Assembly: GCA_963728205.1 (NCBI GenBank)
Contig: CAVSIV010000006.1
Span: 32,001-96,000 of the forward strand
Length of the DNA: 64,000 bases
From: an uncultured Chloroflexia bacterium
Lineage (GTDB): Bacteria; Chloroflexota; Dehalococcoidia; UBA2979
Direction of reading: 5' to 3'
The translations under genes and the position numbers were made by a program. Each line of letters begins with the position of its first letter. Positions within the stretch are counted from its first letter, which is position 1. The notes under the pieces were generated by a model that worked only from the letters and a program-made list of their open reading frames with translations, was not told the origin of the DNA and did no database searches. Shown here in pieces: positions 55,297 to 64,000 of the stretch.

Positions 55297-55377
55297 GACG
55301 GGAAGCGTAAGCGCGGGGCGGCGCGACGTGCGTTATCTTCCCCGCGCGGGTGATTCGACGCAGCGCAGGAGGGGACC

Positions 55378-56661
55378 ATGAGCGGACCGCTCGAGGGCGT
55401 CCGGGTGCTCGAGTTCACGCAGATCATCGCGGGGCCGTTCGGCTGCCAGCACCTCGCGGACATGGGCGCCGACGTCCTCAAGATCGAACCGCCGGGCGGC
55501 GAGCCCTGGCGGCTCTACGCGCAGTTCGTGCCGTTCGAGTCGAAGACGTTCCAGTCGCTCAATCGCGGCAAGCGGTCGCTCGCCATCGACCTCGCCAGCC
55601 CCGACGCGCAGGCCATCATCCACCGACTCGTTGAGCGCATGGACGTCGTCGTCATCAACTACCGGCCCGACGTGGCGGCGCGGCTGCGCATCGACTACGA
55701 CACCCTGAGCGCGATCAAGCCCGACCTCGTCTACGTCGACAGCACGGCCTTCGGCCGGCGCGGTCCGTGGGCGAACAAGCCCGGCTACGACATCGTCGCG
55801 CAGGGCGTGTCGGGGCTGACCGCGAGCGGCGCCCGCTTCGACGAGCGCGGCGTGCCGATGCTGCCGTCGATCGGCGTGCCGACCGCGGACATCACCACGG
55901 GCTACGCGATCGCCATGGGCGTGTGCGCGGCGCTCTTCTACCGGTCGCAGACGGGGAAGGGGCAGCTCGTGCAGACGTCGCTGCTCGCGAACTCGCTGGC
56001 AAGCCAGGGCGGCACGTTCATGTCGCTGCCGCCGGCGGACGGGGCGCTGCGCACGCCGTTCCTCGATCACCTGCACGAGGCCCGCGCGCGCGGCGCGGGC
56101 TACACGGAGATCTCCGACTACCACCGCAAGCTGCAGCTCGGCCGCACGATCGGCAACATCTACTACCGCAACTACCTCACACAGGACGGCGCGCTGGCGG
56201 TCGGCTGCCTGTCGGCGTCGCTGCGCGCGAAGATGCGCGCCGCCCTCGGGATCGAGTGGGACCCGCGCGACGACGACCCCGAGTACGACCCGACCAACCC
56301 CGAGACGATCGCGTTCGCCGAGCAGCTGGTGGAGCACGTCGAGGCGATGTTCCGCGGGGCGTCGACGGCCGCGTGGGTGGAGCGCCTGGAGACGGCGGGC
56401 GTGCCCGTCGGGGAGATCGTCTTCACGGAGGAGCTCGACGTGCACCCGCAGATCGTCGAGAACGAGTACGTGATCGAGCTGAACCACGAGCTGACCGGCC
56501 CGCAGACGATGGTCGCGCCGGTGCTGCAGATGAGTGTGTCGCCGCCGCGTCCGAGCGGCGCGTCGCCGGTGCTCGGCCGCCACAACGACGAGGTGCTGTC
56601 GGAGATCGGCCTGGACGCCGCGGAGATCGCACGGCTGCGCGAGGCCGGGACGATCCGGTAG
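55378..56661 (+). CDS. CoA-transferase family III (CaiB/BaiF)
   Basis: PLEGVRVLE, AGPF, LADMGADVLKIEPP.GE, NRGKRS, NYRP, PGYD, AD..TG, LG.HNDEVL. Confidence 0.93.
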   Translation: MSGPLEGVRVLEFTQIIAGPFGCQHLADMGADVLKIEPPGGEPWRLYAQFVPFESKTFQSLNRGKRSLAIDLASPDAQAIIHRLVERMDVVVINYRPDVAARLRIDYDTLSAIKPDLVYVDSTAFGRRGPWANKPGYDIVAQGVSGLTASGARFDERGVPMLPSIGVPTADITTGYAIAMGVCAALFYRSQTGKGQLVQTSLLANSLASQGGTFMSLPPADGALRTPFLDHLHEARARGAGYTEISDYHRKLQLGRTIGNIYYRNYLTQDGALAVGCLSASLRAKMRAALGIEWDPRDDDPEYDPTNPETIAFAEQLVEHVEAMFRGASTAAWVERLETAGVPVGEIVFTEELDVHPQIVENEYVIELNHELTGPQTMVAPVLQMSVSPPRPSGASPVLGRHNDEVLSEIGLDAAEIARLREAGTIR

Positions 56662-56966
56662 GCGCGGCAGGCGTCAGGCCCGCCGTGGACCAGCGCGCGG
56701 CGGAGCCTGTCCTGAGCCTCCAAGGGCTTCGGGGCTCGTCGGGAAGTCAAAGCGGCGGCAGATATGCCGCCGACAGGAGCGCGGACGCAGTCCGCGGCTG
56801 GCGCCGCGCTTCTGTCGGCGGCATATCTGCCGCCGCTTCGCACGACGCCCCACCCCTGCATGCTGACTGCCGTGGATCGCCGCGCGGCAGGCCGCGTGAG
56901 GTGGCGACCTCCTTGCTGCGGAGTCGCGGCTGCACACGGCAGGCCTGCAGCCTGCCGCGCGCCCGC
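56658..56966. repeat. Composite repeat cluster: GTAG REP, palindromic element copy 2, degenerate REP doublet
   Basis: GTAGGCGCGGCAGGCGTCAGGCCCGCCG (56658); inverted flank plus core of the 35179 element (56701-56838); CGCGCGGCAGGC..GTGAGGTGGCGACCTCC..CGGCAGGCCTGCAGCCTGCCGCGCG (56881-56966). Confidence 0.8.
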
Positions 56967-57012
56967 TGGTATCGTGGATCGCGTACCCCACCCGCCCACG
57001 GAGGAGCGCCCC

Positions 57013-58002
57013 ATGCCCGCCGTCACCGTCGACGACCTCCTGACGCTGCCCCGCGTCGCCGAGCCCGCGCCCGAGACGCTCGAGCGCGGCGTGCGCTCGG
57101 TCACGACCGCGCCCCAGGGCTACGAAGGCGAGGGCTTCCCCGTCCGCCGCGCCTTCCAGGGCGTCGACCTGAAGGATCTCGACCCGTTCATCCACCTCGA
57201 TCAGATGGGCGAGGTCGAGTACGCGCCGGGCGAGCCGAAGGGCACGCCGTGGCACCCGCACCGCGGCTTCGAGACCGTCACCTACATGATCGACGGCACG
57301 TTCGAGCACCAGGACTCGAACGGCGGCGGCGGCGTGATCACGAACGGCGACACGCAGTGGATGACCGCCGGCGGCGGCATCCTGCACATCGAGAAACCGC
57401 CCGAGGCGCTCGTCACGTCGGGCGGGCTCTTCCACGGGTTCCAGCTCTGGGTGAACCTGCCGGCCGCCGACAAGCTGATGCCGCCGCGCTACCAGGACCT
57501 GCGCTCGAGCGACGTCGCGCTGCTCACGTCGTCGGACGGCGGCGCGCTGATCCGCCTGATCGCCGGCAACCTCGACGGCCACCGCGGCCCCGGCATCACC
57601 CACACGCCGATCACGATGATCCACGCGACGCTCTACGCGGGCACGCGGCTGCATCTCCCGTGGCGCGAGGAGTTCAACGCGCTCGCCTACGTGCTCAACG
57701 GCCGCGGCCGCTTCGGCCCAGAGCGGCGCCCCGCCGAGATGGGCCAGCTCGTGCTCTTCGGCCCGGGCGGCGCGCTCACCGCCGAGGCCGACCGCGAGCA
57801 GGAGAGCCGCAGCCCAAACCTCGACCTGCTCATCCTCGGCGGCCGGCCGATCGGCGAGCCGGTCGCCTGGTACGGCCCCTTCGTGATGAACACGCGCGAG
57901 GAGCTCGTGAAGGCGTTCGAGGATTACCGCGCCGGCCGGCTCGGCGTGATCCCGGCGTCGGCCTTCGAGGCGCACGGCGCCGTCGGCGGCACGACCGAGT
58001 AG
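57013..58002 (+). CDS. Pirin family protein
   Basis: EGEGFPVRR, DPFIHLD, HPHRGFETVTY, HQDS, QWMTAG.GILHIE, FQLWVNLP, YGPFVMNT. GAGGAG RBS. Confidence 0.95.
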   Translation: MPAVTVDDLLTLPRVAEPAPETLERGVRSVTTAPQGYEGEGFPVRRAFQGVDLKDLDPFIHLDQMGEVEYAPGEPKGTPWHPHRGFETVTYMIDGTFEHQDSNGGGGVITNGDTQWMTAGGGILHIEKPPEALVTSGGLFHGFQLWVNLPAADKLMPPRYQDLRSSDVALLTSSDGGALIRLIAGNLDGHRGPGITHTPITMIHATLYAGTRLHLPWREEFNALAYVLNGRGRFGPERRPAEMGQLVLFGPGGALTAEADREQESRSPNLDLLILGGRPIGEPVAWYGPFVMNTREELVKAFEDYRAGRLGVIPASAFEAHGAVGGTTE

Positions 58003-58059
58003 GGCGCGCGGCGGGCAAGCCGCGCGTCGCCGTCCGCCGCCGTCGCCGAGTCCGGACAG

Positions 58060-58239
58060 CCGCCGGCCGCAACGCAGGCCGATGCCGCCGACACCGTCCT
58101 CGCCGAGTTCCGCCAGGCGAGGCAGCGCTACTACGCCATCGACCTCGGCATCTTCCAGTACACGATCGACGACACCGTCGCGACGGACGGCACGAACCTC
58201 AGGCGCACCATGACAGCGATGCACCTCGAGACCGCCTGA
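58060..58239 (+). pseudogene. Startless 3' gene fragment
   Basis: Open frame with strong GC3 bias: DAADTVLAEFRQARQRYYAIDLGIFQYTIDDTVATDGTNLRRTMTAMHLETA*; no start codon between the pirin TAG and this segment. Confidence 0.4.
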
Positions 58240-58356
58240 CCCGAGCCCGCGCAGACCGTGACATCCGTACCGGTGCGAACCGGATCGCCGGACCTACCGT
58301 CCACGCGAGGGACGCGCCATCCTCGATGCACGCTCACCGCACCGAGGAGGCACCTC

Positions 58357-58404
58357 ATGCTCGCCCCCGTCGTCATCCCACCCGCGGAGCGTCCGCGATG
58401 GTGA
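58357..58404 (+). CDS. Putative 15-aa leader/coupling peptide
   Basis: GAGGAGG 6 nt before ATG; MLAPVVIPPAERPRW*; stop overlaps the ABC ATPase start region. Confidence 0.4.
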   Translation: MLAPVVIPPAERPRW

Positions 58405-59348
58405 CCGCCTCGACCCCGACCCGCGCCGGCGCGCCGGCGCTCGCGCTGACCGGGCTCGCCAAGCACTTCGGCCACATACGCGCCGTCGACGGCGTCGACC
58501 TCGAAGTCGCGCGCGGCGAGACCGTCGCGCTGCTCGGCCCGAACGGCGCCGGCAAGACGACGACGATCAGCGTCGCGCTCGGCGCGCTGGACGCCGACGG
58601 CGGCGAGGCGCGCCTGTTCGGCCGGCCGCCGCGCGAGGCGGTCGCCGCCGGGCAGGTCGGTGCGATGCTGCAGGAAGGCGGCCTGCCGACCGGCGTCACG
58701 GTCGCCGAGCTCGTCGACTTCGCGCGCGCGCTCTACCCGCACTCGCTGTCGCGCGCGGAGACGCTCGCCACCGCCGGCCTCACCGGCCTGGAGGGGCACC
58801 GCGTCGACCGCCTGTCGGGCGGGCAGACGCAGCGCCTGCGCTTCGCGTTCGCGCTCGCCGGGAGCCCCGACCTGCTGGTGCTCGACGAGCCGACCGCGGC
58901 GATGGACGTGGAGTCGCGCCGCGCGTTCTGGGCGAGCATGCACGAGTACGCCGCCGGCGGCCGCACCGTCCTCTTCTCGACGCACTACCTCGAGGAGGCC
59001 GACGCCCATGCCGACCGCATCGTCGTGATCGCGCGCGGGCGGGTGGTTGCCGACGGGTCCGCGAGCGAGATCAAGCGGTCGGCGGGCACGCGCGTGGTCG
59101 CGTTCGACCTGGCCGGCTCGTCGGCCGAGGGACTGGAGCGGCTTCCCGGCGTGGCGTCCGTGGAGCGGCAGGCCGACCGCGTGACGCTGCGCACGACGGA
59201 CGCCGACCAGACCGCCGCCGCGCTGATCCTGGCGCGGGGCGCGGTGCGCAACCTGGAAGTGACCGGCGGGGGGCTCGAAGAGGCGTTCCTCTCCCTCACC
59301 CGCGAGCCGGCCGACGCCGATCCCGCCCCGACGGGAGGCGTTCGATGA
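58398..59348 (+). CDS. ABC-2 exporter ATP-binding subunit (YvfR-like)
   Basis: GPNGAGKTT, LSGGQTQR, LDEPTAAMDVESRRAFW, STHYLEEAD. Confidence 0.93.
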   Translation: MVTASTPTRAGAPALALTGLAKHFGHIRAVDGVDLEVARGETVALLGPNGAGKTTTISVALGALDADGGEARLFGRPPREAVAAGQVGAMLQEGGLPTGVTVAELVDFARALYPHSLSRAETLATAGLTGLEGHRVDRLSGGQTQRLRFAFALAGSPDLLVLDEPTAAMDVESRRAFWASMHEYAAGGRTVLFSTHYLEEADAHADRIVVIARGRVVADGSASEIKRSAGTRVVAFDLAGSSAEGLERLPGVASVERQADRVTLRTTDADQTAAALILARGAVRNLEVTGGGLEEAFLSLTREPADADPAPTGGVR

Positions 59349-60091
59349 TCCCGTACCTGAAGCTCGAGATGCGACGGATGGTCCGAGACCGCCGGTTCGT
59401 CATCTTCACCGTCGTCATGCCCGTCGTGTATTACCTGCTCTTCGCGCACCAAGCGAGCGGCAACGCGACGGGCGCGGCGCTCACGCCGCAGGGGCTCCCG
59501 CTGGCCGTGTCGTTCATGGTCGGCATGGCCGGGTTCGGCGCGCTCGCCGGGGTGCTGCTGTCGGGCGGCGGCGTCGCGGCGGACCGCACATCGGGCTGGC
59601 TGCGCCAGCTGCGCGTGACGCCGGTGCCGACGCTCGGCGTCGTCGCCGGGCGCGTGGGGGCCGGCACGCTGCTGTCGCTGCCGGGCATCCTCGCGGTGTT
59701 CGTCGTCGCCGCGACGGACCAGCACGTGCACCTCGCCGCCACGGAGTGGGTCGGCATCGCGGCGGTGCTGTGGCTCGGGCTGCTGCCGTTCGCGCCGCTC
59801 GGGCTCGCCGTCGGCTACCTCTCGACGCCGCAGTCGTCGGGGCCGACGCTCGGCTTCCTGCTCTTCGGGCTGTCGCTGCTCGGCGGCATGTGGTTCTCGC
59901 CCCAGCAGCTGCCGTCCGGGCTGCAGACGCTGGCGACGGTGCTGCCGACGAGCCACTACGCCGAGCTGGCGTGGCACGTCGCGGCAGGACGCTGGCCGGC
60001 GCCCGGCGACGTCGCGGTGCTCGCCGCGTGGCTCGCGGTGTTCGGCGCGGCCGCGACGCTCGCCTACCGGCGCGCGGTGATGACGCGCTGA
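59345..60091 (+). CDS. ABC-2 exporter permease (YvfS-like)
   Basis: YLKLEMRR, DR.SGWLRQLRVTP, LGGMWF, LPT; six TM; ATGA-coupled. Confidence 0.92.
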   Translation: MIPYLKLEMRRMVRDRRFVIFTVVMPVVYYLLFAHQASGNATGAALTPQGLPLAVSFMVGMAGFGALAGVLLSGGGVAADRTSGWLRQLRVTPVPTLGVVAGRVGAGTLLSLPGILAVFVVAATDQHVHLAATEWVGIAAVLWLGLLPFAPLGLAVGYLSTPQSSGPTLGFLLFGLSLLGGMWFSPQQLPSGLQTLATVLPTSHYAELAWHVAAGRWPAPGDVAVLAAWLAVFGAAATLAYRRAVMTR

Positions 60092-60242
60092 CCCTCCGCG
60101 CCGGGACGCGCGACCAGGGCCGGCGCGAACGCGCTCCGCGGCGGCGTACGACCCGGCCGCGCGAGGGACATCGGCGACACGTCTACCGCCGCCGGAGTCG
60201 CACGACTGCTCAACAGCCCCGCGCCGGCCGCGACCGCGCCGC

Positions 60243-60599
60243 CTATTGCCCCGCGCGGTAGAGCAGCCAGCCCGCGACGATCGGCGGCGCGAAGAGCATC
60301 AGCGCCGCGACGACGATCGCCGACGCCGACAGGTTCGCCAGCGCGAACACGAGCCATCCCGCGAACAGCGCGACGCCCGCAGCCATGAGCACCAGCCCCG
60401 TGACGTACGGGTAGCGCCACGCGGCGGCGAGCAGCACGAGCAGCACCGCCGCCTCGGGCACGTGCTGGAGCCCGCTCCAGTCACCGCCCGCGGTCTCGCC
60501 GATTGCGAACAGCAGCAGGATCGCGATCGGCACCAGCAGCAGCGCGATCGCCGCGATCTTCAGTCGTTCCGAGCCGCGTGGGCGCAGGGTCAGCGTCAT
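60243..60599 (-). CDS. Small four-helix membrane protein, unknown function
   Basis: FAIGETAGGDWSGLQH, AWRYP..TG; four hydrophobic segments; GGAGG before ATG 60599. Confidence 0.7.
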   Translation of the reverse strand: MTLTLRPRGSERLKIAAIALLLVPIAILLLFAIGETAGGDWSGLQHVPEAAVLLVLLAAAWRYPYVTGLVLMAAGVALFAGWLVFALANLSASAIVVAALMLFAPPIVAGWLLYRAGQ

Positions 60600-60710
60600 C
60601 GCGCACCTCCGCATCGAGGGCTTCGCCTCGATCCTGTGCGTGAACGAAGGCGGCGGGCAGAGGCGATGCGCACCCGTGATACGGGACGTTCGTTCGGCGG
60701 CGGCGGCGCC

Positions 60711-61553
60711 CTAGCCCAGCGGCACCCGCGCCGTCGACAGCATGCTGCGCACGCGCACCGGCAGCGCCTCGGGGCCGCCCGTGCGCCGGGCGAAGGCGTC
60801 GAGGATGGCCTCGCGCTCGGGGACAAACCGCGCGGGCAGCGGCATCCCCTCGGGGTCGACGAAGCCGTGCCGCTGCGCGGCGGCCATCGCGCGCAGGATC
60901 AGGCCGGCGAACGACTCGGGGTCACGGTCGTCATCGAACGCGGGCAGGAAGACCTCGGGCAGCCGCCACTCGCACGCCAGGTGCCGCGCCAGGTCGAGGT
61001 GGGAGCCACCGATCGCGAGCCGCTCGCCCTCCCACAGCAGCAGAGCGTCGGCCTGCGCGCGCTCAAGGCCGCGCAGCGCGAGGTCGGGCTGGTCGTCGCG
61101 CAGCACACGCAGGGCCGCGCAGCGGATGAAGCACGCGGCGAACGCCTCGTCCTCGTGGCGGCCGAGCTTCTCGGTCAGCACGCCGGCGAGCGTCGAGCAG
61201 ATGAACGCCCACTCCCAGAAGTCGTGCGTCTGCGGGTGCACGTGCGCCCGCCCGATCACGTCCGAGATCGCGTTGCCGGCGGTCTGGCAGTGGATGGCGC
61301 GGAAGCCGTAGAAGTCGATCACGTCGCGCGCCGTCAGCGGCTCGTGCTCGGGGCGCGCGAGCGCCGACTCCGCGAAGCCCGTCCTGATGCGCTCCGCGAG
61401 CGAGGCATCGCGGCGCACGAGCCGCGCGAGCTCCTGCCGCGCGAACGGATCAGCGCCGTGCAGCGAGAGCAGCGGGGCGAGCCCGCGGCTGCGGAAGCCG
61501 GACGCGATGCCGGCGAAGAGCTCATCGAGGCGATCGGAGGCGGGTGCGGTCAT
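60711..61553 (-). CDS. HDOD-domain protein (degenerate)
   Basis: LARLVRRDASLAERI, VIDFYGF, FWEW, EAFAA, ERLAIGGSHLDLARHLACEWRLPE match the HDOD pattern. Confidence 0.75.
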   Translation of the reverse strand: MTAPASDRLDELFAGIASGFRSRGLAPLLSLHGADPFARQELARLVRRDASLAERIRTGFAESALARPEHEPLTARDVIDFYGFRAIHCQTAGNAISDVIGRAHVHPQTHDFWEWAFICSTLAGVLTEKLGRHEDEAFAACFIRCAALRVLRDDQPDLALRGLERAQADALLLWEGERLAIGGSHLDLARHLACEWRLPEVFLPAFDDDRDPESFAGLILRAMAAAQRHGFVDPEGMPLPARFVPEREAILDAFARRTGGPEALPVRVRSMLSTARVPLG

Positions 61554-61821
61554 GGCGAATCCAGGTCGGGCGCGCGCCGGTCATCACGATCATCGACCCC
61601 GCCGGCCTCCGCGCGCAGCGCTGCATGTCCGCCGCCGGACAGATCGATCCGCGGACGCGAGCGTCGACACCGCCTCCGCCCGGCGCCCGGGGACCTCATC
61701 GCACGACGTCCGACCGGGGCACGACGAAAGCGCCGGCGGCGGTCCCCGCCGCCGCCATGCCTTGACGCCTTCCGGACGCGCGACGTATGCACACGCGCGC
61801 ACCGTCCCACAGGAGGTACCC

Positions 61822-62370
61822 ATGAAACGCGCTCTCATCGCCGCAGTGTTCGTCGCGCTCCTCGCGGGCGGCGCCATCCCTGCCGTCGCCGCGGGCGGGC
61901 AGAGCAGCCACGGGATCGACAACCCCGCGGGCAACCCGCTCTACGTGATCATCGAGCAGGTCTGGGATGGCAATCCCGCGCACGCGGCGTCCTGGACCGT
62001 GTGGGGCCCGCGCTACGCGCCGGAGCTCGGCAGCGGCCCCATCCTCGCGTCGTGCCCCGCCGGCGGCGCGCCGTCGTCGTGCATCGACATGTCCGGATTC
62101 AGCTTCGTGCTGAAGGGGAACACGATGCAGCTCGATGAGACGTACGTGCCCGGCGTCGATGCGACGCCGCAGACACACCACGTCGTCCTGCACGACGTGG
62201 ACGGCGACGGCGTCTACACCGGGTCGCTGAGCGCCGAGCGGTACGTCTACGTCGGATCGAACCCGTCCGGCACGCTGTACCACGACCGCATCGACTACCA
62301 GGTCACCGTCACGGACGGCGCGGTCACCGCGTACCGCTACCTCGAGTACGAGCACAAGAAGGTGAAGTAG
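61822..62370 (+). CDS. Secreted hypothetical protein
   Basis: AGGAGG RBS, MKR..signal peptide ending AVA, Cys pair, DVDGDG motif. Confidence 0.75.
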   Translation: MKRALIAAVFVALLAGGAIPAVAAGGQSSHGIDNPAGNPLYVIIEQVWDGNPAHAASWTVWGPRYAPELGSGPILASCPAGGAPSSCIDMSGFSFVLKGNTMQLDETYVPGVDATPQTHHVVLHDVDGDGVYTGSLSAERYVYVGSNPSGTLYHDRIDYQVTVTDGAVTAYRYLEYEHKKVK

Positions 62371-62413
62371 CCCGGCGAGCCGGCTTCCGCAGGTCGCGCC
62401 TGATCGCCGCCCG

Positions 62414-64000
62414 TCACCCCGACGGCCGGCGACGCCGCGCAACCCAGAGCCCGCCGGCAATCGACACGAGCACCGCGGCCAGGACGACGGTCGCCCCGAC
62501 GAACACCCCCACGCGGCGCGTCGCCCGGCGGGCGACCCCGGGCGACGCCGGCGTCCCGCTCGCGCCCGCACGCGCCGTCGCGCTCGCCGCGGTTGCCGAC
62601 ACCGCGGGCGGCGTCGGCGGCGCGACCGACGCCTGCGCGGGCGGCGTCGGCGGCGCGCTCGGCTGCGCGCCGACGCCGCAGACCGCGCCGTCCTGCGGCA
62701 CCGCCAGCGTCAGCAGGTACGCGTCGACCACCGTGTCGACGCACGCGTTCTCCCCGTAGGCGGTGTGGCCGTCGCCGTCGCGCGTGAGCAGCACGCCCGA
62801 CGGCAGCGCCGCCCGCGCGCCGAGCGCCCACGAGAATGGCGTCGCGGGGTCGCGGGTCGTACCGACGACGAGGATCGGCGGGGCGCCCTGCGGGTGCACG
62901 CGCGGCAGCGGCTCGGGCGCGACCGGCCATACCGCGCACAGCACGCCCTCGCTCGCCAGCGCACCGCCGAACGTGGGCCACTTCGCCGAGAGCGCCAGCG
63001 CGAGGTCGATGTAGGAGCCGCGGTCGCGCGGGTAGGCGTAATCGAGGCAGTTCACCGCCGCGTTCATCTCCATCTCGTTCGAGTAGCCGTTCGGGCCGCG
63101 GCCGAGGTAGTCGTCGGTGAGCCGCACGAGCGCGGTGCCGTCGTCCTTGAGGGCATGGCTGAGCGCGGTCGCGAGCGTCGGCCAGGTCTCCGGCCGGTAG
63201 AGCGCGGTGACGACGCCGAGCAGCACCTCGCCGGGCCCGGCCGGGCGGTCGGCGCCGGGCGCGGGGATCGGCTGCTGACGCGCGGCGGCGAGCACGCGCG
63301 GAATCGCGTCGCGCGGGTCGGCGCCGCCGAACGCCAGCGGGCAGCCGCTCTCCTGCGTGCACTGTGCGAGGAACCGGTTCAGCTCCTGCTCGAAGCCGGC
63401 GGCCTGGCCCGCGGAGAACTCGTCGGGCGTGAGGCCGACGTCGACCGGCCCGTCGAGCACGATCGCCCGCACGCGATCGGGGTACGCGTTCGCGTAGAGC
63501 TGGCCGAGCACGGTGCCGTAGGAGAAGCCGACGTAGGTGAGCTTCGCCTCACCGAGCGCCTGGCGGATGCGCTCCATGTCGCGCGTCACGTCCATCGAGC
63601 CGAGGTGCGGGAGGAGGTCGGGGTACTGCTGAGCGCAGTCGTCGGCGAAGGCCCGGCTCACCGCGAAGACCTCATCCCACGCGGCGCTCGTCTGCGGATC
63701 CGGGTCGGCTGCGACGAGCTGCTGCAGCGTGCGGTGGCACACGAGTGCCGGCGTGCTGCCGCCGATGCCACGCGGGTCGAACCCGACGATGTCGAAGCGC
63801 GCGCGGATCTCGGCGGGCAGCGACCGCGCCCACGCCCGCGCGAAGTTCACGCCGGACGCGCCGGGCCCCCCCGGGTCGGTGAGGATGGAGCCGATGCGCT
63901 GCGCGGGGTCGGTCGCGGGGAGGCGGATCAGGGCGATGTGGACCTGCGCGCCGTCGGGCTTGCCATAGTCGAGCGGCGCGTCGAGTGTGCCGCACTCGAA
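62414..64000 (-). CDS. Alpha/beta hydrolase (TAP/tripeptidyl-peptidase, S33-like) with C-terminal membrane anchor; start outside window
   Basis: PGGPGASG, GFDPRG, GFSYGT nucleophile elbow, VLDG, DPATP, GHTAY, Pro/Ala linker, TM helix then RRRR. Confidence 0.9.
   Translation of the reverse strand, partial: FECGTLDAPLDYGKPDGAQVHIALIRLPATDPAQRIGSILTDPGGPGASGVNFARAWARSLPAEIRARFDIVGFDPRGIGGSTPALVCHRTLQQLVAADPDPQTSAAWDEVFAVSRAFADDCAQQYPDLLPHLGSMDVTRDMERIRQALGEAKLTYVGFSYGTVLGQLYANAYPDRVRAIVLDGPVDVGLTPDEFSAGQAAGFEQELNRFLAQCTQESGCPLAFGGADPRDAIPRVLAAARQQPIPAPGADRPAGPGEVLLGVVTALYRPETWPTLATALSHALKDDGTALVRLTDDYLGRGPNGYSNEMEMNAAVNCLDYAYPRDRGSYIDLALALSAKWPTFGGALASEGVLCAVWPVAPEPLPRVHPQGAPPILVVGTTRDPATPFSWALGARAALPSGVLLTRDGDGHTAYGENACVDTVVDAYLLTLAVPQDGAVCGVGAQPSAPPTPPAQASVAPPTPPAVSATAASATARAGASGTPASPGVARRATRRVGVFVGATVVLAAVLVSIAGGLWVARRRRPSG

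Noticed and set aside
55767-58397. 1193-aa ORF and other long Arg/Ala/Pro-rich ORFs (e.g. 46784-49921, 25813-28452, 30798-33338, upstream part of 35560-38385)
   Set aside because: Shadow frames of high-GC genes; no motifs, and they overlap well-supported CDSs.
1-64000. tRNA/rRNA genes, integrases, transposases, prophage or defence systems
   Set aside because: None recognised in the ORF track or intergenic sequence; tRNAscan/Infernal were not run.

Overview
Very GC-rich bacterial DNA. The gene mix (F420-type LLM and Ddn enzymes, tungsten-type AOR with MoaD, CoA-transferases, MFS, P450) resembles Chloroflexota/Dehalococcoidia or Actinomycetota; taxonomy is inference only. 1-12.3 kb is a Wzy-type exopolysaccharide/capsule locus (ugd, WecB/TagA GT, epimerase, cysC, Wzz/Wzc pair, polymerase/ligase, acetyltransferase, four more GTs). 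A large secreted GH5-like protein follows. The main finding is at 16.0-21.9 kb: a complete lasso-peptide cluster (RRE B1, peptidase B2, cyclase C, HPr-kinase-like kinase, two-gene ABC-2 exporter) with a 42-aa precursor the ORF track missed (18736-18864). Its predicted core is GSGALGFDGFDSTWLQTDAVS, ending in Ser as in paeninodin-type phosphorylated lassos. A bipartite motif (CTCAACCnTTGCT...CTAG/C, 26-27 nt offset) recurs upstream of EPS, GH5, lasso and response-regulator genes, suggesting one regulon. The rest is catabolic/transport genes interspersed with REP/REPIN-like palindromes, tandem repeats and gene remnants. Three +1 frameshifts look like long-read errors (two at GATTCTG). No rRNA, tRNA, CRISPR array or transposase was recognised. 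All calls are by eye; no database searches were run.
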